Shown piece by piece: positions 11,861 to 24,294 of a stretch of DNA of 60,039 bases (position 1 is the first letter of the stretch; every line of letters starts with the position of its first letter). This stretch comes from Halocafeteria seosinensis (taxonomy: Eukaryota). The notes beneath the pieces are model-generated. The model saw nothing but the letters and a program-made list of their open reading frames with translations, was not told the origin of the DNA and ran no database searches. The stretch covers positions 1 to 60,039 of the forward strand of contig LVLI01000496.1 of NCBI GenBank assembly GCA_001687465.1, written 5' to 3'. Both the position numbers and the translations under genes were made by a program.

Positions 11861-12297
11861 CCACCGGTTGTTATCCGACGACCAATAATCTTGCTCAAAA
11901 GGAATCGCTCAGTGCTTCCGCGAACTGTGTTTTCTGCTCATTGGATGGTGCGGACCATTACAACTAGAGTAAAATTAGGTTGTTGGTTCCCAAACCCGTT
12001 GGGATTGGAATCATACTTGTTCCTCTGTCAACCACGTGATCCAAATTTCCAGAGGTCAGGACACGGTGATAGCCCACCATAGTGTTGGGACATGACTTGG
12101 ATGTTCAACTTATTGCTAGGGCTAATTAATAAGCACGAAATTGATATGTGCACAGAGAGCACAGGGACTTCAGTGGTCTTGGCAGAAAGTGAAAGTACGA
12201 GTTGTACTTCAGACGGGGAGTAAGTGACGCTATTTGTTATTTTTCGCCTCTAAGATAAAGAGAAGAACTCAGTTATTACAGGAGTATACCAATAAAA

Positions 12298-14051
12298 TCA
12301 ACTAGAGTTAAGCAAATGCAAACGCTGTTCCACAACATCTCTAACGAGCCATGACGAGGCTACATCATCTCCTTTGAACGTCCAATAATCGCTATCATAT
12401 GAGTCCGGTTGGAATCCAGCCGTTCTTAGTAAAGTTTGGACACTCGCTGGCTTCCCTCCAAGACGCCTCTGTAGGGAACCATTGCTCCATCGGAAACGAC
12501 GATACTTTGGAACGTCAGAATATATCAACGCATTATTGATCAACAAGTGTATCGTTTCCAGCGCTTTACATACATTGTAGCCAAATGTCATGCAATGGGC
12601 CACAAACTCATTTACTGTTTGCCTAATATGCTGTAAGCGTTGGTACGTTGCGTCTGTACCCTCACTGTTATTACCCATGTCAGTGTCGCTTTCCTCCGTA
12701 CCAGCACGATAGTATCCTAGTACCGACCCGTGAGACACTGCCTCATTAGGACGCGAAGTAGCATCTCCACAAGTGCTTTCATTCGTTTCTACGATTTCCA
12801 CCCCGTCCGATTCATCCTTCAAGGGGGCCTGCTCTGATGTTAGGTCTATAGTCCCACCTTCGGAGGCTTGCTTGTTTGGTGCAGCTGGTGGTCTATACCT
12901 AAAAAATTGCTGTTTCTCCTCTGAAAGCATCGATTCTGTTTCTGTAGAAGCACTATTTCTACCAGTATCTACATCATGGTGCCTTTTCAGAGCAGCTTCG
13001 GCTGCTGCAACTCTCGGACTAGTATTCGGGCGCCGTTCGCGACTTAAGGTGGCCGTAAAAGGTTGATATTTTTCAAAATCAAGCTTCTGTCTGCCATATT
13101 TCACTCCAGCATTAATGTGATATCGCTGGCCAGAGGAATCCTCCGGGGCCGAAGCAGAGAAGCCTCCCAAACGATACCCTTGCGTTTTTCTCCAATCCAA
13201 TTCTCTGCCTTGCTTCTCCAGTTGGTGGTTTAGCTTGTAAAAATCCGCATTGTGTTCTCCGTACACATTGTGCGCTAATTCATGCCATAGTACCGATAGG
13301 ATTCTGTATCAGACAGAAATGTGAATATGGTTTCCTGACGTGATTAATACCGGAGTACTTACTTATCATAAGGTCGAAAGCCTCTAAGATCATCGGTTCT
13401 TAGTCTTAAGGAGATTTCTTTTCCTTTACCAGTGTTGTATCCAAGAACACACGTCGGCGAAACACCAACCTTGCCTTCTGGATACATCTCGGTCAATCGG
13501 CCAACCTTGAAGCGGTTGTGCTCCATTACCGCCCGTACTCCGGGATCCATAGCAATAGTGGCGAGAAGGTCTCTTGCAGTATCACTGTCAGGCAGGGTAG
13601 GAATCTCCTGTATTTCCTCAAAGCCGTATTGTTTGGCCGGTACAAATTTTGGACGCTTTTCACGCGGTGCCAATTTGCGTCGAATTTCTTCGCTACGATC
13701 ATTTCTATCGTCTAGAATATTCAACTCGCGTTCCCGATTCTTGGCAACCTGCTTTATCTGCTCTACACAAGATTCTCTCGAACCAAATAATTTCAGGTTT
13801 GTACCGTCTTGTATCCCTACATCTTGCAGAGTCGATTGTGAAGATGCCTGAATCGCGTGCCCCTTGGACAAGACTTTGCTCACCTTTATATCCTCCCATC
13901 CAGGTTGAGCTCGGATTACGTCCGAGCAAAAAGTGGCGACATCAAGAGTAGGGACTACCTGGACCTCTGCCCGTGACTTTCCCCACGACACAGTGAGCGT
14001 TATCTCCCCGTTGGGACTTGCGTTAGATGATGGCTTCTGTGAACCTTCCAT
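12298..14051 (-). CDS. Ubiquitin-like + WLM (Wss1-like) zinc metalloprotease + PUB domain protein
   Basis: N-terminal UBL-like region, LGYN..KG.EISLRLRTDD..GFRPY, spliced HELAH zinc motif (intron about 13304-13362) and a C-terminal PUB-like PKYRRFRWSN...LLRTAGF segment. Confidence 0.9.
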
Positions 14052-14466
14052 AGATGGTTGAAGCTGATACACGGCAGTCTTTGCAGTGCTAAGTTTGCAC
14101 TCTAAAAAAAGGAAAAAAAAAACGTTCCTAAATAGCAACGACAAACTCTTCGTTTCTTTTCATATTGTGACTATGCTGCACATCAAACCCTTTAGTTTCA
14201 ACTGTAATAACAACATTTTTGCAGCTTCTTCTTCTAATCTTCGTTGAAGTTGATCCCTGTCACGGACTTCAACATGTCAAACAAATATTGCACTCTAGTG
14301 TGGTTGTACATACAGTTTATGGAGATGCCAGTGGCTGATTGTCGTCCATGTACAGTGCTCTGGTAGTGTTTGTGCATGTCGTATCGCTGTGTGCCTTAGC
14401 TGCCTCTCTATTGTCCGACAGGAGGACAGACGTTGGAACCTCTGCTACCAGGGCGTTAAGGCAGGA

Positions 14467-17400
14467 ATGAAAGTAGAACGCGTTCGACCCCAGCATTCCA
14501 GAGCTTCTAGTGGCACGAATACGAATACAACGCGAGCCTCGACTCAGAGTAGCTATTCCTCTTCATCAACGACAACGTCCGGACAGCCGGCTCTTCAAAT
14601 TATTGGAAGAGGAGCGCACCAAACACCGTCTCCGACGTCGCCGAGTGTTAAGACCAGTGGAATTGCTAGTAAACGATACAAGTCTACCAGCGGTGAAGCA
14701 GCAAATTCCGGAGAGAACCAAAACTATCCACCGCAATCTGTAAAAGGCGTTCCGTCAAAGGGAGGTGCAATGTTTTTAAATGTCCCCGGACAGCGAAACG
14801 ATGGAGTGGCAAAGAAACAGAAGAGTAATGTTTGGCCTGCAGCATTGGAAGAAAACGCAGCTGCTGCATCATCTCCCACGGTGGATGATGCAACGGGTGG
14901 CTCTCCACGGAGCAAGGTACGCATAAGTTACATATATTAGGAGAGGCTGTTTGCACGTCACTGTGCTCACGATGGACTCGGTCTCAGATGCAATTGGAAC
15001 GGGTCATTGGACTAACAGCTTCTCATAATAATGCAGTGGCAACGAATCCGGCCACAGGGGACGTTGCTATTCCGGCGGGATGTATTTTAATTATTTATCA
15101 ACCGCGGAAAAACCGACAGGTATGCCCCAAGTGATATAGATGCTCAAGACGATTGCCTTATGTCTGACTAGAGTTGTGATCTATACAGAAGTATTTCTTT
15201 CGCACTAAAGTACCTATACACTGTGTGGCATTTTCTCCTGATGGGGAGTTTGTCGCTGTGGGTGGGGTGAGTACTACCGCGTGGAAGTCGGTGATCCTCT
15301 AGATAGCTGGGCTTACTTTACACGAATTTGCAGAAAGGACCGGTTGCACCAGTTGAAATTTGGGAGTTGAAGACCAATTCTCGGCTATGTCAGTTGGATC
15401 ATCATCATCACGGTGTCGCGTGTCTATCATTTTCCCCGAGCGGGCGATACTTAATATCTGTTGGCTTCCGCCACGACCACCAGGTACTAGTGTGGGAATG
15501 GAAGCAGAAGCGTGTTCTAGGGAAAGCCTCCTTAGAACGAAGTCAAATTTCTTCAGTAGCCTATTCGGAAGACGGGAAGTATTTTGTGACGAGTGGAGAG
15601 AAGCATCTACAATTTTGGCCAATTACCTCCGAACCCGCAGGGCACATCCGCGACAGTTTTCCAGAAACGGATATGGGTCCGAGTGTCAGGTTACAAAACG
15701 AGAATGGCCAACCAGCTGAGTTGGTAGGACGTCCCGGTATAATGCCCTCCGTTTATCATGAAGAAGACTTTGTTGACGTTGTATGTGGTATGGGTCCCTC
15801 TTCCGACCTCACCTTCGCATTAACGGAGTCAGGTTATCTCTGCGTGTTTGACCATCGGCGAACTCTCGATCAATATGTTCAAATAAAAGCAGATTGTGCG
15901 TTTGGTCTCAGCATTACACCTAGTGTACTGGCTGTAGCTTGTGCGGACTCGATTGTGCGAGTTTTCCGGCTTCCGGCAAAGGCTAGGCGTAGTGAGGGTC
16001 AGGAATCATTGATGGACTTCATTGGATCTTTACCCGTACCTCCAGCCGTGGGGCAGCAGAACGTCACCTCCGCGAAAGCGGCTGCTGTGTTAGCTCGTGG
16101 ATCCGAGACAGATGTTCCCAACAAGTCGCTGACATCTCCCGTAAGACCAGCAGCGATTTGCGTCAAATTAACCCTTGATTGCAAACGGGCAGTTGTGGTC
16201 TACGGTGACCGATCGCTGTTCATCTGGGATATACAGGGGTTGGAACAGGAACGGGTTGTAAAGTACCGATCCTTTCTTCATCACGGGGGCCCTATATGGG
16301 ATGTCAAGTACCTTCCTGATAGTAAGAACTGCAATTTAGCCCCCGCGGATACATTCGTAACTATCAGCTCTGACTCTACTGTGCGATTTTGGAACATGAA
16401 TCCGCAAGCTTTGCCGCCCGCACCGGCAAATTCTGATGAAGAGCACCAGCAAGATTCTAAAGGCATGAAGTACCGAAACGTCTTTAGCCGGCACTTACTC
16501 CATGTCTTGTATGTAGACAAGAACAAAGGAGCCAGTGGACCAGGCTTGGTGCTAAATCCCTTCAATTGTTCCGATGACTCCCGTGATAAAATTTTCGACC
16601 TAGAGCTATCCAATGACCATCATTACGGTCCTAACTCATGGCCCGCGAAAGCTGTGATCACTAAGTCATTCGATCCTGAGAATGGGTTTCCCAAGACCGC
16701 TTTGCTGGATGTCGGTGTGAAAGCCATTGACATTTGTTCATACCCTCAGTCTTCCGACCTAGAGCACTACACAATGGATATAGCAGTGGGGGACCGTCAG
16801 GGCAATTTAAGGGTCTTCGATTTCGCGAGGATGGAGGAAACACATTTTATTGCTGCGCATGACGCTGAATTAGTCTCGCTTCAGTACTCTCCCGCCACTG
16901 GCCGTATTCTTATTTCCGGTAGCAGAGATAAGCTGGTTCACGTCTTTGATGTCCGCAACCATTATAAGCATTCCCAAGTTCTGGATTTTCACGATACTGC
17001 TATTACGTGTGGCCGGTTCTCTCATGATGATGCCAAACTAATCACCTGTGGGAGCGACGCGAGCATGGTGTTTTCCCGAGTCAAGATAGAAGGGCGATCC
17101 CCAATTGGCGTGAAGCTTCGCGAAGAATTGCTCCACTCTACTTCGGATGCGAAGAACGGGTCTACCGAACATCCTCCAGTGGAAATTTCGAAAATGACTA
17201 CAACCAAAACGGAGCACAATACAATTTATGACTTAGATGTCGACGCGACAAATAGAAATGTAATCACTGTTGGGCAGGATCAATGCGTACGTGTCTTCGC
17301 CATGAGAAATGGCAAGTCCATCAGGACTTATAACGCCGAAGGGCATTCCAGAGACCTCAACCGTGTGCGTATGGACCCCTCAGGGTTGTACGTAGCGTGC

Positions 17401-18987
17401 AGTGGACTTGACAAAATAATTAGACTGTATGATTTTTATAGCGGCACTTGCTTAGCGCGCATGTCCGCTCATGCCGAAGTTATTACTGGACTTGCATTTA
17501 GTCATGACTGCAAGAGAATGGTCTCGACTGCCGGCGACGGATGCATCATGGTATGGAGACTCGCACCTGAGCTGACCAATGCTATGCAAGATAGATTGAA
17601 TGAAATTAGCCAGGCTAGAGATCGAGCCATGCAGAAGAAAGTGTTAGAAGAGAGTCGTCAATTGAATATCGGTAACATAGGCACAAAGTCTGATCAATAT
17701 GCGGCTCAACCGGCACGACCTCCCATAGTCCCTCCTTCCACTTCCCAAGAGCCCGTTTCGTGTGACTCTCCTCAAGAAAATGATGCAAATACAGGGTCGG
17801 TTTCGGCGAATGCTTATCGGCAAAGTCAAGCTGTGCCTATTGAGTTCCGTGAATCGGTACTGCCAGCTTGGGCAAAATCCGAAGTGAATGCTTCAAACCA
17901 ACCATCCACTGGGGGGCACGCTGCTGGACCGAAGAAATTTAGCAAGTGGGAGGAGCATGCCAAACAAGACTTTGAACTATTTTCTGGACAAGTTCCAATA
18001 CAGCCACCTCAGTTGCCAGGAGACCGGGCTATTGGCTATCCTTCCGCGGACAATACTGCTGCTCGTAAAACGTCTCAAGCGATTCATGCGGAAGACTCAG
18101 AATCTGACGAAGAAGCTGACGTTGAAAATAAGGTTCAGGTACAGTCTTCAAGAGGAGCTTTTTCTCCAAGAGAACTGAAGCCCACAAAGTCCAGTGCCGC
18201 CGATTCTCCCCAATTAGTGCGTTCGAAAAGGGTGGAACAGGAAGAAACCGTTAATACAAGGGGTGAAAACCAAGGGGTGAGACAAAGTCTGTCTTCCACT
18301 TTCATGGGTACCCCACAAAAGCGGACTGCTAGCCCCACCGTTAATCATGAGGAAGATAACGAGGAATCACTTGACATTTCTATCACGGAAGATGAAATAG
18401 CTACCGCTGTAAAAGCCAGTGCGCGGCCTGCGGTTCCCCCCTCTCATCAAGCGTCACAAGCGATAAGCAAGATGCACCAGCAACTCCAGTCTTTATCAAT
18501 CTTTCCAAATAGCAGTGCACAAACTACCAGTTCCGTAGGTAGTGTAGCTAATATGGAAACGGTACCTTCTGTTTCAACTGTTGCATCGGCGCAAGCGGCG
18601 ACAACTTCTGATACTCAATCTTTGGATGAAGCTCTGGACGCTTTCCAACAGTCGAAAGAGCAATTGGAGAAATCAATTCATTCTTTAACAAGTGCACCCC
18701 CTGGAGACGTATCTAGGAGCGATACCGTTTCGCGGTGTCAATCTGTGTTGCGGGCGGCCGTGAGCGATCTTAGTCGAGACCTTAATCGATTGTCAGAAGT
18801 TGGTCAGCAGGACGTGGGGAACGATACTGATCGGAACAGCTTCACCGGAGATGGATCTTTAAGAGGGCCAGATGGGTCACTGCTGGAAAGTAGTGAAAGA
18901 ATAGAATCGCTGCTTGAGCGTTACAGTGAACGAATTAGTACGATGGTTATGAGCAAGATTGAGTCTCAGCTGGAAAGGACAAAATGA
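14467..18987 (+). CDS. WD40-repeat protein of the MAPKBP1/WDR62 family
   Basis: LERVIGLT N-terminus, SVGFRHD, KYRSFLHHGGPIWD, GDRQGNLRVFD and DPSGLYVAC..DK.IRLYDFYSG motifs, and a C-terminal LLERYSE motif. Three short introns within 14917-15333. Confidence 0.9.
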
Positions 18988-19013
18988 TATTCCACTTAAG
19001 GAGTAGACTCGTA

Positions 19014-20219
19014 TTATATTACTTCCACTGGAAATAAGAAAATTGCATTCATGTCCGCTGGAATATGGACGTGTTCGGCATTAGTTAACGCTTCGCTTAA
19101 TCTTTGCTCCATATCTCTAGAAAGCGCCATTTCTTCCATGCTTTCCCTTACAGCACACTCAAAATGAGACTCTGATCCCCTGCGCTTACCACCTGGTAAG
19201 TTTACCTCCAGTCCGTTTGTCTTCCTTTCGAGGAGCACGAGGGTCCATATATCTTCCACGTCGGGCTGCAAGTCACGTACTGCCGTTTTCCAATCTCTCT
19301 CTCTGTGCAGGGTTTTTAGGGTATGCCCGATAGCTATACTGTCTTCCACCGTTGTATACTCCCTACTAATTGCTCCGTTCCTAACCTCGTCGCTTAGCAG
19401 GGTCAGGTCACGCTCTTCAAAGAGCCGTATTGGAAGGGCAAGCCCTCCTTTAAGGGTATCTTCCCTCCCATCCGTACCAACATTCTTGCAGACACGTTGA
19501 AGGATTTCTTCCTTCCCGAAGATAGTGCACATACCATTGGGTACTTTTGTTAAGAACGGGCGGCCGCGCAGTCGTATGGAATTTTTGAAGTGCTCAAATA
19601 AGGGTACCAAGCTTCGTTCTTGCTTCAGATTACGCTTTTGGGATCTCGTTAGCATGCTGAATGCTCTTCGCCGAGTTTGAGCCATCAGTTCATTCAGCCC
19701 ATTGCCGACTTCGTACGGGTTGACCAACACATCTTCATCGTCTACTTCCTCCGCGTTTGTTTTGTCCACGGCTAAGTACCTCTTCGAGCCATCCCTAAAC
19801 TTGAATAACACTACGTACTGGTTGCCGCTTATGTAACTTTGATGCAATGGTGGTCCATTGCCAACACTATCTGTGTCATACACCTCAACGGGTCTTTCGT
19901 TGACTAGAACATTGGTTTCAGCAAGCACTTCCTCCATGCTTGCATAGAACTCGGGCTCATTGGGAGGAGGTCTGCGTGGCTGAGCCTTCCTTCGCTGAGG
20001 AGCCCTGCCTTGTACGGCTGCAGCTCGTCTGCCTGCTCGCTCAGCCTCTTTCCCCTCGGTATCGTCCGCTCCATCTCCACGAGCAGCTCCACTGGCGGCT
20101 CCAGAGCTATTACCACCTGTATCTGCTACCCTTCGTTGTTGTCCTGCTCTGCCTCCTCGTCCACGCCCTCTTCCGGGACCTCCTCTGTTGTTGCCCCCGT
20201 TCTGGTTTTTTCGCTCCAT
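19014..20219 (-). CDS. Nudix hydrolase-domain protein with an RGG-rich N-terminus
   Basis: Nudix box G-KRRGS-E-SHFECAV-RE-SM-EE near the C-terminus. N-terminal RGGPGRGRGRGGR. Confidence 0.8.
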   Translation of the reverse strand: MERKNQNGGNNRGGPGRGRGRGGRAGQQRRVADTGGNSSGAASGAARGDGADDTEGKEAERAGRRAAAVQGRAPQRRKAQPRRPPPNEPEFYASMEEVLAETNVLVNERPVEVYDTDSVGNGPPLHQSYISGNQYVVLFKFRDGSKRYLAVDKTNAEEVDDEDVLVNPYEVGNGLNELMAQTRRRAFSMLTRSQKRNLKQERSLVPLFEHFKNSIRLRGRPFLTKVPNGMCTIFGKEEILQRVCKNVGTDGREDTLKGGLALPIRLFEERDLTLLSDEVRNGAISREYTTVEDSIAIGHTLKTLHRERDWKTAVRDLQPDVEDIWTLVLLERKTNGLEVNLPGGKRRGSESHFECAVRESMEEMALSRDMEQRLSEALTNAEHVHIPADMNAIFLFPVEVI

Positions 20220-20537
20220 ACTCAGACGGGGCAACTAGACGTCCAGATCCTCCGTGAATCGGAAAAAAGATCGAAGAATGGCAGCAAATATAACCAATGA
20301 TGTCGGTGAATTTCAGTCTTATAATATGTCTTTATAGATGCAGTTTTGACGACTGGTATGCGATTCATTATCTGCCCTGTGGAAACCTGAAACAGTGCAC
20401 AACAATAAATACAGTTGTTTTCCTACTACAAATTCCGACTAATAATCAATAGGTATATTCTTTGCATTCGCCAACGGTCACTATAAGATAGTATAAATTG
20501 AGAATTTTCTTTCTCTTTTAACATCGACGAAATGATG

Positions 20538-23083
20538 CTAATATTCATAAACAGTTGTTTCCCATTTGCTTCTCAAGATGGGATCTGCTAATTCGCTCTG
20601 CATTGTCTCTATCTCTTCTGCTACGTCTAATAGTTGCTCATCCGTAGAAGGTCGGCCTGCTAGTTCCAGACCGACAGGAGCTCTGTCCGCTCCTGGGTCA
20701 CCTGGCTTAGCTCCTGCTCGAGTACGCGTGAGACCGCAGGGAACTGTGATAGCTGGAAGTCCACATACGGCGGCCAAACTTGTAGTGTAAGTCAGCGTAC
20801 TAGAGCACTCGTGGACACTCTTGCCAACCTTAACAGCGATATCATCTCCGATCGTGGCCACAGACGGAAGCACGCAGCTTGGATACGCAACTATATCCAA
20901 GTTATTCTCTTGCATATATTCCTCGAAGGCTTGACCAATCGCTGTCCGAGATTGCACAACCGCCATGTGATATGATTCTGCATCCACTGCAGAGTCAGGA
21001 TCTAATTGAGCAGTCAGGTATTCCTGCTCCAATTTTGAGCAATAGGCAGAGCATGCGACATCCAAGACACTGATAGGCCTCTGCATTTCTGTCTTCGTCC
21101 GTAGGTAAAAGTCAGGCTTTACTTGCCCCTTTTTGTCGTATATGTCATCCGTTGTAAAAGGGACAGGACGTTCCTTGGTAAGTTCGTGGTTCTCAATATA
21201 CTTGGAAATTTGTTCTGGCATCTCCCATCGCCTAATAACGTCTGCTGTCGCAGCGCATGCTTCGCAAAAGTCAACGGCGACAACGCCATCCAAGGGCTCT
21301 TCACTACTTTTTCCATCATCTCCTTGATAAATGCACCATATCCTCTTAGGAATTTTCACTTTTGGGAACGCCAGGACCATAAGGCTGGCACCGCCGGTAG
21401 CCAGTTTTTTCTTGAATTCGCTTATCACTTGCGAAACACTGGAGTCAATTTTGCTGTGCTCAATGGGAAAACCAATTCGTTTGCCGAACAAGACGCTGTC
21501 GCGTTGCTGGGATGTCGAATTGTCAGCAGCGGGATTAAGAGACAGTGCTTTTAACAAAGTACAAACAGAACGAGTCTGCTTTGAACGACTCAGGGCACCG
21601 TGGATTGCCTGCACAGTTCGTTCATGCTGTTGCTGTTCATGGCTTTCCAGTGTCCTAGGTTTCTGTGGAGAAAACGCCGTTCGTTTAAGGCACTTGTCGT
21701 AAATCGCCTGAATTTCTTCTTCGGCTACCAGACTCTTAGCCGCCACAGCCTGTTTCTTTATTCTAGCTTCACGTGATCTGTCTGCTTCTTCCAAGGCGGT
21801 TCTTAGCTTGGAACCTATGTCTCCATCAGGAGCAACATCCTGTGGACGTTTTTTCTTGGAGGGCTTCAGGCCTTCCTCTTCTTCCTCTTCTTCTTCCCCC
21901 TCCTCTTCTTCGCCCTCCTCATCGCCCACTCTTCGTTTCTTCTTCACAGGCGCAGGTGGTAAAATCATGGCTGGTCGGGAAACAAGAAAAGCTGCAGGAC
22001 TTGACAGAAGTAAGTAAAGTATTCGGACGTCCTGAACATTTCGACCGACAAAAGAAATGCTATCCAATGTGTGAGAAGGATGTAGAATACCACGCTCGCT
22101 TATTTTGCCAGATGTTGGACGAAATCCGATTATGCCACACAGAGAAGCGGGTATACGAACGTCGCCAACACTATCCACGCCGATGCCCGCTGGAACTACT
22201 CGAGAGGATACAGCGGCTGCAATGCCTCCTTGAGATCCTCCAGATATTCCATGCTGACTAAATGGCTGCACAACATACGTAAGTTGAACCGGCATATATG
22301 CAGTTCAAGTTCCACCAAAACGCTATATTCACTTACATTTCTGACCGGACCAGTGGAAGTGTGGTTGCAAGTGAACCCAAGCATCAGTCCATGTATAGAC
22401 CCTTTACCAAGAATATCAGCTCCACAATCGATTAAACATTGTGCTAGCGCCGAGTTCCTTACAGGCCGATGCCCACTCAGAGCCTGACAACCTGCACTGG
22501 TTTTCATTCCGGCGACGTCGATATTTTCGGATACAATAAGCGGGACGTTTTCGAAAAGGTTGCGAATATTTTCCCACGGATCGTATTTTTTCTCTTCTAC
22601 CTCTTCGTCTTTTGACTCATCTATCTTGGTTTCTTCATGCTCCGTCTCTTGTGCTGCAGTGTCTTGTTTGCCACGTTGCTCTGTTTCATCCTCATCTTCG
22701 TCCTCCTCGTCGCCCTCAGCTTCTTCTTCCTCTTGTTGATTCTCCAGCTCTTTCTGTCTTTGCTTTTCGGCCTCTATCTCTTGTGCCTTTCGGTCTGCTT
22801 CTTCCTTCACAGTATCCCATCGTACGGTCGCCAAGCCGGTCTCATTCCATGACTCAATCACGTGAGGGTCCCGTTTCGCAGCAACGCTGTGAGAGTATCT
22901 TTGGCGCAGTGCCTGCCGGTACGCTGTCTGCATAGGCGTCATGCCTTCACCAGATGATGCCACATCAGTGGGGACTGATGCAGTATCCCTAGCTTCCTTC
23001 AGAACGGCGGTAGCTTGTAACAGCGACAAAGCTGACCACTGGTTGGAATCCACCGTGTGCCATTTCGGTTTCGTTCCACTCAT
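20538..23083 (-). CDS. Amidase-signature family protein, probably catalytically inactive
   Basis: VPLIVSENID, ILGK, GPVRN|PF, GGSQGGIAAAV, RIPASLCGIIGFRPT and GLPAITVPCG...PVGLEL...DEQLL motifs. One intron about 22266-22336. The start is uncertain (23083 or 23245). Confidence 0.85.
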
Positions 23084-23402
23084 TCTTTTTCTTGCTTCCA
23101 GATACGCCTGCAGGGTGCGAATACAGATTCGGTCAAGTTCTCTGCGAGCTTCCTTCAAACATGGAAAGCTGACATGTATTTCGCCTACCAAGCACGCAAT
23201 GGCGCCCCAAAAAAAGCGCGCTAACGGTATTTTCCCGCCAATCATTTGTTTCACTTGATGGAGGGCGATTTCAAATCAGCATCATCAAAGCAGATCCTGG
23301 AGCAGTGTTGCTTGGTTAGTAAGATAAATGATTGTACAATTGGGGTCTTAAAATACTTTGCTGTAGTGATTGTGTCCAAAGGAATCCAGAAAGAAGGCTA
23401 AG

Positions 23403-24287
23403 ATGTCGTCTTCCGAACTACACAAAGCTCAACGAAAGGTCCGTGAGGATGCCATGGAGATGTCCTCAGCCTTGTCAGAGGTTAGACAGTGGGAGCAGTC
23501 CATTCGACAGAAGGACAAGGATATTCGAGAGCAAAGACAGCACCATCATTCAGGGGAGGAGAACCAACAGGAGCGTAGGAAAGACAAGGTGGTCCTCAAA
23601 GCTGACAACGCAAGCAAGCCGAAAAATGCCCACGTGTATGATCAGGGGTATGCTTACTGGGATAAGTTCGATGTGGTACGTTGAACAATTGTAGTATTCC
23701 TCAGAATGCTGCTTATTTATTCGCTTTGTCCTCCATTGCTTTACTTTGCTCAGGACAAGGCTCTGGAAGAAACTGAGGAGGCTGATCAAGACGGAACCGA
23801 GGCACTGTCCACCCGGTATGGCCGAATTCAGCATACCGAAGAAGTAGATGTTTCTCAGCTATCTCAATCGGAGAGTGTTGTCGACGTTGAAAGAGAACGT
23901 GGCAACAAACACTTTCGTGATGGAGCGTTTCAACGGGCTGTAGATGCCTACACACGAGGCTTGGCGGAGCAACCAAATAATGTCACTCTCCTTTCAAACA
24001 GGGCGATGGCATTTATAAAAATTAAACTATATGAGAATGCCATCGAAGATGCTAACCAAGCTTTAGAAATTCAACCAGATCATAATAAAAGTCTCCTAAG
24101 GCGCGCGAAAGCATTGAGCAATTTGGGTCGTTTGAGAGACGCCTTGGTTGACCTAGCTCATGCGCTCTCCCTCGACCCCTCCAACAAGCACGTTCGCAGT
24201 GAAATGCGCAAGATACAGGAATTGCGAAATTCTTCGATACATAAAGCTCCTTTTACAGCTGCTGCAGGGACGATAGCAGTGGAATAA
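23403..24287 (+). CDS. RPAP3/Spag-like TPR co-chaperone (short form)
   Basis: N-terminus QRKVREDA...WEQSIRQKD and YWDKFDV|DKAL resemble the RPAP3 N-terminus. One three-repeat carboxylate-clamp-type TPR (RERGNKHF, LLSNRAMA, KSLLRRA). Intron 23676-23753. Confidence 0.8.
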
Positions 24288-24294
24288 GATTCGT

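Noticed and set aside
12298..14051. UBL-WLM-PUB architecture as a novelty
   Set aside because: This arrangement is already known for Wss1-family paralogs in fungi and plants.
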